A stretch of 64,000 nucleotides of DNA, taken from the NCBI RefSeq assembly GCF_963528315.1, contig NZ_CAURVV010000001.1, forward strand, positions 13,464-77,463. Direction: 5' to 3'. Both the position numbers and the translations under genes were made by a program. The DNA comes from an uncultured Granulicatella sp. (GTDB lineage: Bacteria; Bacillota; Bacilli; Lactobacillales; Aerococcaceae). The notes under the pieces are model-generated. The model worked only from the letters and a program-made list of their open reading frames with translations, was not told the DNA's origin and made no database searches. This document shows positions 56,244 to 64,000 of the stretch, piece by piece (within the stretch, counting starts at the first letter, position 1; every line of letters begins with the position of its first letter).

Positions 56244-56723
56244 ATGCAAATAAATCATAAAACTTTTGGTAAAATAAAATTCAATTACGGTTGGACAAAA
56301 GATATTTCTCTAGATATTTTCAATAAGCACCATATTTTGGAAATCAATATTGATGCGGATGAAGATGCTGAATTTGAAACTAATCAGGAAAAAGCTTATA
56401 GATTTTTCAATAATCACTTAGATGAAATAGTAAAAGAGGCAGATTCGGCAATTATATCATATTACAATCGTGAAATATCAGATATTGTTTCAAGTTACAC
56501 GAATAATAACGAAAAGAAATATTTTTTAGATATCATTGGAGATAAAGATAAAATTTATTCTTTGTTGCAACCTAAACAAATCATGTTTCCTTTAACATTT
56601 GATGAAAATATTGAAGAGTTTGGTTTTTTATGTGAGTGTGATTGGGATAAAGAAAATGGCATAGGAATAAAATTTGTTAATGGCGAATTGTCTGAAATTG
56701 GTTATCAGGATATACTCCTATAA
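56244..56723 (+). CDS. Putative cognate immunity protein (unassigned family)
   Basis: 159 aa and acidic, immediately downstream of the toxin remnant. Confidence 0.45.
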   Translation: MQINHKTFGKIKFNYGWTKDISLDIFNKHHILEINIDADEDAEFETNQEKAYRFFNNHLDEIVKEADSAIISYYNREISDIVSSYTNNNEKKYFLDIIGDKDKIYSLLQPKQIMFPLTFDENIEEFGFLCECDWDKENGIGIKFVNGELSEIGYQDILL

Positions 56724-56827
56724 GTATATATTTTCTTATAATTATTTGTAGTTTTGAAGTTAATTATAAGATTGATGGTGAACCAAAATCTGAAATAATA
56801 AAAAGTATAAATAGAAGGAGACGAAAG

Positions 56828-57271
56828 ATGAATAAATTCGAAGATAAATTTATGGAAGTTCAAGTTGGCATGATTTCGTTAGCAATGGAGTATGTCCAAA
56901 ATCAAGCAGAAAAAGTATATATCTATGCGATAGCGGACAGTTTGTATAGTTTTAAGCCATTTTATAAAATTAATGGTATTGTAATTGGAATGGAAGAAGT
57001 TAATGAAGTTGTGACAAAAAAAGTAGATGATTCTGATAATATGGCATTTTCTTTATTGAAATATGGAACTGAAGATATGCAGAAATTGCAGGAGGTTTGC
57101 CAAGAATATAATCGTGAACATCCGACTGAGATGTGGTTGATTTATGATGCACAGAAAAATACCCTTAATAGTCGCTATAGCTATGAAGGGCGTTATGAGA
57201 AGGATGAAGAATTGCTTCCACGTTTAGAGTTTGAAAAATGGTTTGAGGAAGTAAAAAGTGAGGAACTGTAG
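56828..57271 (+). CDS. Putative immunity protein, family A copy 2
   Basis: Differs from 52617..53057 by only a few substitutions outside the first 4 codons. Confidence 0.45.
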   Translation: MNKFEDKFMEVQVGMISLAMEYVQNQAEKVYIYAIADSLYSFKPFYKINGIVIGMEEVNEVVTKKVDDSDNMAFSLLKYGTEDMQKLQEVCQEYNREHPTEMWLIYDAQKNTLNSRYSYEGRYEKDEELLPRLEFEKWFEEVKSEEL

Positions 57272-57282
57272 GAGAATAAGAT

Positions 57283-57756
57283 ATGTATAAACAAGATCAA
57301 TCAATTATTTATCCTTTGCCAACTGATGCGCTATTATAGGAAAGAGAAGTGGCGTGGAGAGTTAAACTGCCTGATGATTATAAGGAATTTATAAAGAGAA
57401 AAAATGGTTTTTGCCCTTCTAAAAATTTATTTTCTTTAACAAATAGGTCCTTTTTGATTGAGCGATTCTTGAGTATATTAGAAAACACAAAAGACAAACC
57501 ACTTGGCATGTATGACATTGATGTTGTAATGTCCGAACTGGATGAAAGATTGTTTGTCCATGAAGATATTTTGGGATTTGAGTTGATTCCCATAGTAGCA
57601 TTGTATGGTGGAGATTTTCTTTGTCTAAACTATTTGGAGGATACTGAAAATCCGAGTATTTGTATTTGGTATCACGAAGAGTCCTACGAGTTAGAGCCAG
57701 CTATAGAGTTAGTAGCTATTAACTTTACAGAGTTTTTAGTTATGCTACAGGATTAG
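57283..57756 (+). pseudogene. SUKH family gene disrupted by a nonsense codon (mosaic paralog of 53069..53542)
   Basis: Codon 19 is TAG (57337-57339) where the paralog has TTG. The ends are near-identical to the paralog and the central ~50 codons are divergent. A GTG at 57349 could allow re-initiation. Confidence 0.7.
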
Positions 57757-57837
57757 CTATGTGTGGTGTAGTAGAATTCGTGATTGATAGAGTTCCTAAG
57801 ATAAATTGAGCATTAAAGAATCGAGGAGTAAATAATA

Positions 57838-58182
57838 ATGAAAGAAATACCATCAAAAAAAGATGATATGTTAGAAATTTATGAAGACAATGGTAAGTAT
57901 ATTTTAAAGTATCCGACTTTCAATATCACCTTGCCAGAGGTTTCTAAAGAAATCCCTAAAGAAGCAGTGGATAGCTATTTAGCAGGAGAACATAATGGTG
58001 AAGAATTAATTAATTATGCTAATTTCGGATTTTGGGAATCAAAAATTAGTCAAGAAGATGCTAACATACAATTTTTAAGAGATAATCCAGAATTTCTTCT
58101 TATTGATACAGATAGAAAGAGAGCCTATTTCTCCGAAAAAGAATTTGAAGAATTGTTGAAAAAAGCTCATATGGAAAGCTGA
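57838..58182 (+). CDS. Hypothetical small protein (candidate immunity protein)
   Basis: 114 aa with RBS GAGGAG. I recognise no family. Confidence 0.35.
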   Translation: MKEIPSKKDDMLEIYEDNGKYILKYPTFNITLPEVSKEIPKEAVDSYLAGEHNGEELINYANFGFWESKISQEDANIQFLRDNPEFLLIDTDRKRAYFSEKEFEELLKKAHMES

Positions 58183-58341
58183 ACTAAATGTTGTTCTGCC
58201 TAAGAAAGTTTCAGTAAGGATAGATACTGTTTTTGAAAAAGATTCTATATCAGTCAGACTAAAAATGTTTAACGTACGTTCTCAAATTGAAGGAGAGCCA
58301 CTTAGAATTAAGTAGATAAGAAATAAATCAGGGGATTAAAA

Positions 58342-58752
58342 ATGTTTGAAAATCAATTAAGTCAATTGTTTAATGATATAGCAAATAATGTAAATCGTAT
58401 TATTCCAGTAACTTGGAATGATTTATACTTTAATGTTGAGTTAAAGGAAGGGGACGGAGAAGTTTTATTTTATTTTAATACGAAAGAAAATCCTGAAAAA
58501 TATATTTTCTCACATGATATGCCAGTAATTTATGACATTCCATTTTCTGAATATATGGACACCTTTAATCAATTAATGAGCATTTCTAGAAACATTTTAG
58601 AGGTTTTAGAAGATAATAATCAACCTGAATGGTATGCAATGGTTTTAATAGTGAAATCTCGGAAACAATTAAAGGTTGAGTTTGATTATACTGATTGGTT
58701 TGCTAGTCCGTTTACCTCGAATCAAAGGCTGTCTTTTTTTAAATATAAATAG
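58342..58752 (+). CDS. YezG/DUF600-like immunity protein, C-terminally truncated by a premature TAG
   Basis: LFNDIANNVNRIIPVTWNDLYFNVELKEGDGEVLFYFN. After the TAG at 58750 the same frame continues LGEEPENNDLLQLFKEMEEYQNKS*, which aligns with the C-terminus of the 55457 paralog. Confidence 0.55.
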   Translation: MFENQLSQLFNDIANNVNRIIPVTWNDLYFNVELKEGDGEVLFYFNTKENPEKYIFSHDMPVIYDIPFSEYMDTFNQLMSISRNILEVLEDNNQPEWYAMVLIVKSRKQLKVEFDYTDWFASPFTSNQRLSFFKYK

Positions 58753-58828
58753 TTAGGAGAAGAACCTGAAAATAATGATTTACTTCAACTTTTTAAAGAA
58801 ATGGAAGAATATCAAAACAAAAGTTAAA

Positions 58829-58895
58829 CATCTTTGATGAACGCTTGAAAGACCTAGAGTATTTCCCATATGACCTTCTAGTCCAAGAAAACTAG
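58829..58895 (+). pseudogene. Orphan 3' fragment of a PoNi-like gene
   Basis: It encodes ...FDERLKDLEYFPYDLLVQEN*. The last ~67 nt are nearly identical to the 3' end of the 61836..62501 ORF. Confidence 0.65.
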
Positions 58896-58990
58896 GGGGG
58901 GATGGGGTTCTAACCAGTTTTAATTGAAAAGGGGAATATCTTCACCTATAGTAACTTTAAAATCGACCATAGCATAGGAGGCATCAGTAG

Positions 58991-59413
58991 ATGTTTGGAA
59001 AAATAAAATCAAATCCCTCTCATCAGTTCCATCCACTTACCAAGGATGAAATTAAAAACAGCGAATCAAAGTTAGGAATAATATTTCCGAAATTACTTAG
59101 AAAATTTTATTTAGAGATTGGCCATGGTTTTATTGGAAGTGAAGTAGGTAACATCAATCGAATTATGGATCCAGAGTCTGTTTTGGACTTTAGATTGAGA
59201 CAAAATGATTTTGAATTTTATCCGGATATTGAAATATATGATGAATTTGAAGAAGATAAAATGATTTTCTTTGAAGCAAATGAATCTGTCCTGATATCTA
59301 TTGGCTTCGGTTCAGATAATAGTGGAAAGATTTATTATTATGATGAAGAGATATCCAAAAATCTTGGGGAATTTTTAGAAAAATTGTTAGAGGACGATAC
59401 TTTTTATTATTAA
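58991..59413 (+). CDS. SUKH superfamily immunity protein
   Basis: LTKDEIKNSESKLGIIFPKLLRKFYLEIGHGFIG...LGEFLEKL. Confidence 0.6.
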   Translation: MFGKIKSNPSHQFHPLTKDEIKNSESKLGIIFPKLLRKFYLEIGHGFIGSEVGNINRIMDPESVLDFRLRQNDFEFYPDIEIYDEFEEDKMIFFEANESVLISIGFGSDNSGKIYYYDEEISKNLGEFLEKLLEDDTFYY

Positions 59414-59481
59414 TTTTTCTAACTTCGAAGATTTTCTAGATAAGTAGATGTGCTATTTTCAAAAAGGAATGAAGTAAGAAT

Positions 59482-59892
59482 ATGAAGTGGTTGAATTATA
59501 AAGGTAGTTCTATAGATATAATAGAAAGTGTGGAGCATAGATTACAAATTACTCTACCAGAGGATTATAAACAATTTGTTTTAAAATATGATGGTGGTTA
59601 TCCTAATCCTAATCATTTTAAGGTAGATGGGAAGGTAGAAATTTTCAATAATTTGATTAGCCTAGATGAGAATGAATACAATAATATATATGAAATTCTT
59701 GAAGATTTACAAGATAGAATCGGCGACCAACTAATTCCATTTGCAGAAGATGGGTTTGGAAATTTATTATGTTTTGATTATTCAGCTAATAAAAACATCG
59801 TCTTTTGGGATCATGAAAAGAACTATGGTGATTTTAAAGAGTTACCCCTTGTTTGTTTCAGTTTTTCTAGTCTAATTGAGAATCTTTTTTAA
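59482..59892 (+). CDS. SMI1/KNR4 (SUKH-1) family immunity protein
   Basis: IIESVEHRLQITLPEDYKQFVLKYDGG...IPFAEDGFGNLLCFDY. Confidence 0.75.
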   Translation: MKWLNYKGSSIDIIESVEHRLQITLPEDYKQFVLKYDGGYPNPNHFKVDGKVEIFNNLISLDENEYNNIYEILEDLQDRIGDQLIPFAEDGFGNLLCFDYSANKNIVFWDHEKNYGDFKELPLVCFSFSSLIENLF

Positions 59893-59951
59893 GATGTATA
59901 GTAGTAAATGACCATTGTTGAGTATATAAGTATGAAAATTGGAAGGAAATC

Positions 59952-60437
59952 GTGAGTATGAATCACCATAACGCATTATTTAAATTAGGAATAGCTACAT
60001 GGTTATCTAAGTCAATGCAGGAAAGTCAGTTTTATAACAAGATTGAAGAGCTTCTTGAAGAATGCTGGAAATGGGTAGAGAATCATGAGGTATCTGCAGA
60101 TGTCCTCTATTCCCTTCTTGATGATGGAACTGATTTCGGAGGGGCTTTAATTTATATGCAAGTGGATGAACCAAAATATGAATCAAAGTGGAACTGTATT
60201 TTTGAAGCAGGTGCTTCTATAGCATCATTAGCTTATAAGTTAGAAGGGAAAAAATATATACCTGCATTACTAGAAGAAATTGATTCAGCCCAACAAGAAG
60301 AATTCTTTAGTGAGCAATTGGAAAACATTCTTGGAAGTAAAATCCAACACCTAGATGACTTTAAAAACTATTTATTAGATGACAACGAAAAGAACAAAGA
60401 AAAGATACTAAAGAAACTATCTGATATATTAGACTAG
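59952..60437 (+). CDS. Hypothetical helical protein (possibly Imm6-like immunity protein)
   Basis: 161 aa and acidic. The assignment is tentative. The start is GTG 59952 or ATG 59958. Confidence 0.3.
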   Translation: MSMNHHNALFKLGIATWLSKSMQESQFYNKIEELLEECWKWVENHEVSADVLYSLLDDGTDFGGALIYMQVDEPKYESKWNCIFEAGASIASLAYKLEGKKYIPALLEEIDSAQQEEFFSEQLENILGSKIQHLDDFKNYLLDDNEKNKEKILKKLSDILD

Positions 60438-60467
60438 CTGTGAGATAAGAAAAAAAGGAGTGCATAC

Positions 60468-61133
60468 ATGTTAAGAGACAAACATAAAGATTATGCGTAT
60501 TTTGAAAAACGTTTGAATCGGTTACAAAAACGTTTAAGAGAAGCTGTCGAGATGACAGATGAAATTTCGGAGAAGTATTTGTTGTTCCATTATCAAGATT
60601 TGGTTTTGGATAATGAAGAACTAGTGAAACTTTCCTATTCTATAGGGGCTTCGAAAGAGGAGATTTTTCCCTATTATCAAGGTATTCTGTCTCATCTCAA
60701 AGTTATTGCTTCGCAGGGAGTCCCCTTTTATCGTGCAGTTGATGTCTTTGCCTTAGGAGTTCTTTATAGTGAGCGTAAGGAAGAGTTTCTGGATGATTTA
60801 AAGTCTATTTATGAGCAGATGGACCATACAGATGGTTTGATTGAATACTTTATGGTCTATCTATTCCATGATAAGATAGTTCCTTTCCACTCGATTTTAG
60901 AGTATCAAAATATGATTGAGGACAACTATGAGAGTGTAGCCAAGGCACAGGGGTTCTGGTATTATAGCCACTCGGATGCACCTTGGTATGGAATACATAA
61001 GTATGACAATAGAGGTTATGATGGCTACTGGAGTTTTGACACCGCCGCAACCTGTAAAATCAAAGGAATTTACGACGAACGCTTAAAAGACTTAGAGTAT
61101 TTTCCATATGATTTGTTGGTGCAAGGAGAGTAG
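60468..61133 (+). CDS. PoNi-like (DUF1911-type) immunity protein, tandem copy 1
   Basis: 221 aa. The conserved C-terminal two thirds (FALGVLYSERKEEFLDDLK...GYWSFDTAATCKIKGI) are shared with copies 2 and 3. The family call comes from remembered motif similarity. Confidence 0.5.
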   Translation: MLRDKHKDYAYFEKRLNRLQKRLREAVEMTDEISEKYLLFHYQDLVLDNEELVKLSYSIGASKEEIFPYYQGILSHLKVIASQGVPFYRAVDVFALGVLYSERKEEFLDDLKSIYEQMDHTDGLIEYFMVYLFHDKIVPFHSILEYQNMIEDNYESVAKAQGFWYYSHSDAPWYGIHKYDNRGYDGYWSFDTAATCKIKGIYDERLKDLEYFPYDLLVQGE

Positions 61134-61154
61134 GTTGAGAAAAGGAGTTAACAT

Positions 61155-61814
61155 ATGATAAGAGATAGAATCAAAACTGAAGAATACTTTCAGGAAGCAT
61201 TTGAATGGTATTCTGAAAGTTTGCGCAAGAAGTTGGAACGTTTTGATAAGGTAAAACCAGAAAATCTTTCGGATCATTTTCGATTTAGAGTTATTAATTA
61301 TGAAGATTTATTAAGAGTTGGTTACTCTCTAGGAAAGGATATTCAGGAGCTCTTTCCTTATTATCAAGGAATCCTCTCCAACTTAAAAGAGGTCGCCTCG
61401 GAAGGAGTTCCTTTTGACTTGGCGGTTGATATATTTGCCTTAGGAGTTCTTTATAGTGAGCGTAAGGAAGAGTTTCTAGATGATTTAAAGGCTATTTATG
61501 AGCAGATGGACCACACAGATGGCTTGATTGAATACTACATGGTTTATCTATTCCATGACAAGATAGTTCCTTTTCATTCGATTTTAGAGTATCAAAATAT
61601 GATTGAGGATGCTTATGAGAGTGTGGTTAAGGCACAGGGTTTCTGGTACTATAGCCACTCAGATGCTCCATGGTATAATAATCATACCAAAGATACTTAT
61701 GTGGGCTACTGGAGTTTTGACACTGCCGCAACTTGTAAGATTAAAGGTATTTTTGACGAACGCTTGAAAGACCTAGAGTATTTTCCATATGATTTGTTGG
61801 TGCAAGGAGAGTAG
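61155..61814 (+). CDS. PoNi-like immunity protein, tandem copy 2
   Basis: 219 aa. Same conserved C-terminal block and a divergent first ~70 aa. Confidence 0.5.
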   Translation: MIRDRIKTEEYFQEAFEWYSESLRKKLERFDKVKPENLSDHFRFRVINYEDLLRVGYSLGKDIQELFPYYQGILSNLKEVASEGVPFDLAVDIFALGVLYSERKEEFLDDLKAIYEQMDHTDGLIEYYMVYLFHDKIVPFHSILEYQNMIEDAYESVVKAQGFWYYSHSDAPWYNNHTKDTYVGYWSFDTAATCKIKGIFDERLKDLEYFPYDLLVQGE

Positions 61815-61835
61815 GTTGAGAAAAGGAGTTAACAT

Positions 61836-62501
61836 ATGATAAGAGATAGAATCAAAACAGAGGAATACTTCCGAGAAGACAGAGAATTGTATCTAGGTTC
61901 GCTAAATAGGAGATTAGCAAAATATGATAAAATTAAACCAGAAAATAAAAGTGTTTATTTTCGAAATCTAGTAATTGATAATGAAACTTTATTTAAAATA
62001 TGTTATTCTCTAGGGGATTCTGTTCAAACTCTTTTCCCCTATTATCAAGGGATTCTTTCTAATTTAAAGCTCATTGCCTCAGAGGGATTCCCATTTGACT
62101 TGGCAGTTAACATCTTTGCCCTGGGAGTGCTTTACAGTGAGCGCAAGGAAGAGTTTCTGGATGATTTGAAGGCTATTTATGAGCAGATGGATCACACAGA
62201 TGGATTGATTGAATACTACATGGTTTATCTATTCCATGACAAGATAGTTCCTTTTCACTCGATTCTAGAGTATCAAAATATGATAGAGGACACTTATGAG
62301 AGTGTAGCCAAAGCGCAGGGTTTCTGGTACTATAGCCACTCGGATGAACCTTGGTATAATTCTCATCAATATGAACACTGTGGTTATTATGGCTACTGGA
62401 GTTTTGACACCGCCGCAACCTGCAAAATCAAAGGAATCTACGACGAGCGCTTGAAAGACCTAGAATATTTCCCATATGACCTTCTAGTCCAAGAAAACTA
62501 A
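61836..62501 (+). CDS. PoNi-like immunity protein, tandem copy 3
   Basis: 221 aa. Same conserved C-terminal block, and the same intergenic spacer TAGGTTGAGAAAAGGAGTTAACATATG as between copies 1 and 2. Confidence 0.5.
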   Translation: MIRDRIKTEEYFREDRELYLGSLNRRLAKYDKIKPENKSVYFRNLVIDNETLFKICYSLGDSVQTLFPYYQGILSNLKLIASEGFPFDLAVNIFALGVLYSERKEEFLDDLKAIYEQMDHTDGLIEYYMVYLFHDKIVPFHSILEYQNMIEDTYESVAKAQGFWYYSHSDEPWYNSHQYEHCGYYGYWSFDTAATCKIKGIYDERLKDLEYFPYDLLVQEN

Positions 62502-62599
62502 GAAAACTGGGTTTCCACCAAGTTTTTATCGAACATGTAGTGTCCTTTTTCTTTCTACCTATCTAAATGTTTGATTTATTTATTAAAAAAGGAGTCTAT

Positions 62600-63139
62600 A
62601 TGTTAAAAGATTTTACAAGAGTGGCAACCTTGCCTCAAGAAGTAATAGAAAAGTATAAGAATCAAGTTCCAGAAGAGCTAGTTCAAATCTGGAAGGAAGA
62701 CGGTCTGGGGACCTTTTTAGATGGTTATTTGAAGGTCATTAATCCAGATGAGTATCTTGAACTGGTTCAGGAGACCTATTTCAGAGGGGACATTTCCATA
62801 CCTATTTTTGCGACAGCTTTTGGGGACATTATAACTTTGGAGAAGAAGAAATATTTGGGGATTATTAAATATAAAGATGGTACATTTGATATTTTTTTAG
62901 AAAATTTATCACATTTTATCAAGTTTCTACCTGACAAAAGTTTTACAGATGATTATTTTGACTTACCACTTTATCATGAGGCGGTAGAGAAATATGGTTT
63001 GCTTGACTATGCAGAGTGTTTTGGATTTGTGCCACTTTTGGTTTTAGGTGGCTTTAAAGACGTAAATCATCTGAATAAGGTAAAAATATATGAACATATT
63101 TTACTAATTACTCAATTAGCTGGGCCTATCGGAGATTAA
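62600..63139 (+). CDS. GAD-like / DUF1851 (Tdi1-type) immunity protein
   Basis: WKEDGLGTFLDGYLKVINPDEY...CFGFVPLLVLGG pattern. The ATG at 62600 follows AAAAAGGAG. Confidence 0.6.
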   Translation: MLKDFTRVATLPQEVIEKYKNQVPEELVQIWKEDGLGTFLDGYLKVINPDEYLELVQETYFRGDISIPIFATAFGDIITLEKKKYLGIIKYKDGTFDIFLENLSHFIKFLPDKSFTDDYFDLPLYHEAVEKYGLLDYAECFGFVPLLVLGGFKDVNHLNKVKIYEHILLITQLAGPIGD

Positions 63140-63233
63140 AAGTGGTCATATTTTTGATAATCTAATCAAAATCAAGGTGTAACTCAGGAACTATGGGAAT
63201 GTTTTTACAATAAATTAGTTTGAGGTATAAAAA

Positions 63234-63689
63234 ATGGATGAAATAAAATTGAATAAACTATCATATATTTTATATTCTGAAAGCAATGATAAAGCTGTGG
63301 AACTAGTTAAGTCTATTAATAGTGAAGATGAACTCTTTGTCTTGCTAGATAATTATAACTGGAATAATGGTTTTGAAGTGCCAGAGGCAATTATTACTCA
63401 TCCTAATTGTACTCTCTCTGTTGCCTTATTAGCTTTTCATCGAGCAGACGGTATACAATATTTACTTGAAGGAGAGGCTGTTTTTGCAAATCGTTTATCG
63501 AAATCCTGGGAAGATTTTATAAAGGAAGTTTATAATAAAATTTTGAAAAAGAAATATCCCAATGGAAGTATCTCTTTTCAGCCTGAAATAACAAAAATTC
63601 AAAAGTTCAAATTAAATAAGTTAACTCCTAATCTCGATCCGATTATTTTAGACGGAGTTTTAGGAAAAGATTTACATATTCGTCTTTAA
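63234..63689 (+). CDS. DUF4274-like protein (polymorphic-toxin immunity context)
   Basis: 151 aa. LNKLSYILYSESNDKAVELVKSINSEDELFVLLDNYNWNNGFEVP. A decayed copy lies at 54622. Confidence 0.5.
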   Translation: MDEIKLNKLSYILYSESNDKAVELVKSINSEDELFVLLDNYNWNNGFEVPEAIITHPNCTLSVALLAFHRADGIQYLLEGEAVFANRLSKSWEDFIKEVYNKILKKKYPNGSISFQPEITKIQKFKLNKLTPNLDPIILDGVLGKDLHIRL

Positions 63690-63705
63690 AAATAAGAATA
63701 ACAAT

Positions 63706-63821
63706 ATGATACTCTTGACAGTCGCTATAGCTATGAAGGGTGTTGTGATAAGAATGAAGAATTGCTTCCACGTCTAGTGTTTAAAAAATGGTTTGAGGAA
63801 GTTAAAGAAAATCAGCTATAA
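63706..63821 (+). pseudogene. Orphan 3' fragment of a family A immunity gene
   Basis: Aligns with the last ~115 nt of 52617..53057 (SRYSYEG...EELLPRL.F.KWFEEVK). The 5' part is missing. Confidence 0.6.
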
Positions 63822-64000
63822 TGCTTTTAATATTATGAAAATATTCTAAAATACACAACAAAGTGAAGTTTCAGGGATAGCAGTGCAACCCGAAGAGACG
63901 AAGACTCAACCTGATTTTTACTTCCAATATTTAGTACATTTTAAAATTGACAAGTCAATAAAGTCAAGTTATGGGCTACGTAGTGGCTAAAAATCCACTG

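Noticed and set aside
58183-58316. Open frame without a start (ELNVVLPKKVSVRIDTVFEKDSISVRLKMFNVRSQIEGEPLRIK*) just upstream of the YezG-like gene, possibly a third toxin C-terminal stub.
   Set aside because: There is no recognisable catalytic motif, and it is short enough to be open by chance in AT-rich DNA. It is worth a tblastn search but is not reportable as a feature.
1-64000. CRISPR arrays, prophage, IS elements with transposase, restriction-modification or other canonical defence systems.
   Set aside because: There are no regularly spaced direct repeats with unique spacers. There are no integrase, terminase or capsid genes, no DDE or serine/tyrosine recombinase ORFs, and no methyltransferase or large ATPase/nuclease defence genes in the six-frame track. 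The only transposase-like genes are the two Rpn-family paralogs.
63822-64000. Possible promoter (TTGACA-17-TATGGG) and coding fragments at the window edge.
   Set aside because: The -10 is poor and the sequence is truncated by the window end, so it cannot be interpreted.

Overview
This is a low-GC Firmicutes (Bacilli) chromosomal window. The yjbH-yjbK-yjbM-ppnK-yjbO-type gene order and choline-binding-type repeats suggest a Gemella- or Streptococcus-like oral coccus, but that is only a guess. About 52 kb is housekeeping backbone:
- Cell envelope: a csbB-like GT2 plus yfhO glycosylation pair, a class B PBP, an O-antigen-ligase-like protein and a choline-binding-repeat amidase.
- Translation: T-box-controlled pheS-pheT, the L20-leader infC-rpmI-rplT operon, rplM-rpsI and tRNA-Leu(GAG).
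- Ion transport: trkA-trkH, mgtE, two tandem corA paralogs and a P1B-4 (SPC motif) ATPase.
- Other: xpaC-telA, gor, cdd, gloA, aspartate kinase, pepF, rnhC, spxH, a CYTH protein, relQ, nadK and an RluA-family synthase.

Two things stand out.
1. **Structured intergenic repeat.** Fifteen copies of a modular, multi-hairpin repeat are scattered through the intergenic DNA (10 long forms of about 127-167 bp, 5 short forms of about 65-80 bp). Their helices show compensatory base changes between copies, so structure rather than sequence is conserved. Copies bracket single accessory or duplicated genes (a VOC gene, membrane thioredoxins, corA) and sit next to both Rpn-family nuclease genes. I do not recognise this as a described repeat or RNA family.
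2. **Immunity island.** From 52.5 kb to the window end, directly downstream of rpsI, all ORFs are on the + strand and form a polymorphic-toxin immunity or orphan-cassette island. It holds SUKH/SMI1-KNR4, YezG/DUF600-like, three tandem PoNi-like, DUF1851/Tdi1-like, DUF4274 and several unassigned small ORFs. It also holds two decayed HNH/EndoVII-type toxin C-terminal remnants that abut immunity genes, a duplicated mosaic two-gene cassette and several gene fragments marking recombination joints. No intact toxin or secretion gene is in the window.

I also flag a promoter-to-terminator unit that may encode a structured small RNA of about 170 nt (30.3-30.5 kb, minus strand) and two palindromic operators upstream of the P1B-4 ATPase. 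All family assignments come from motif recognition by eye, with no database search.
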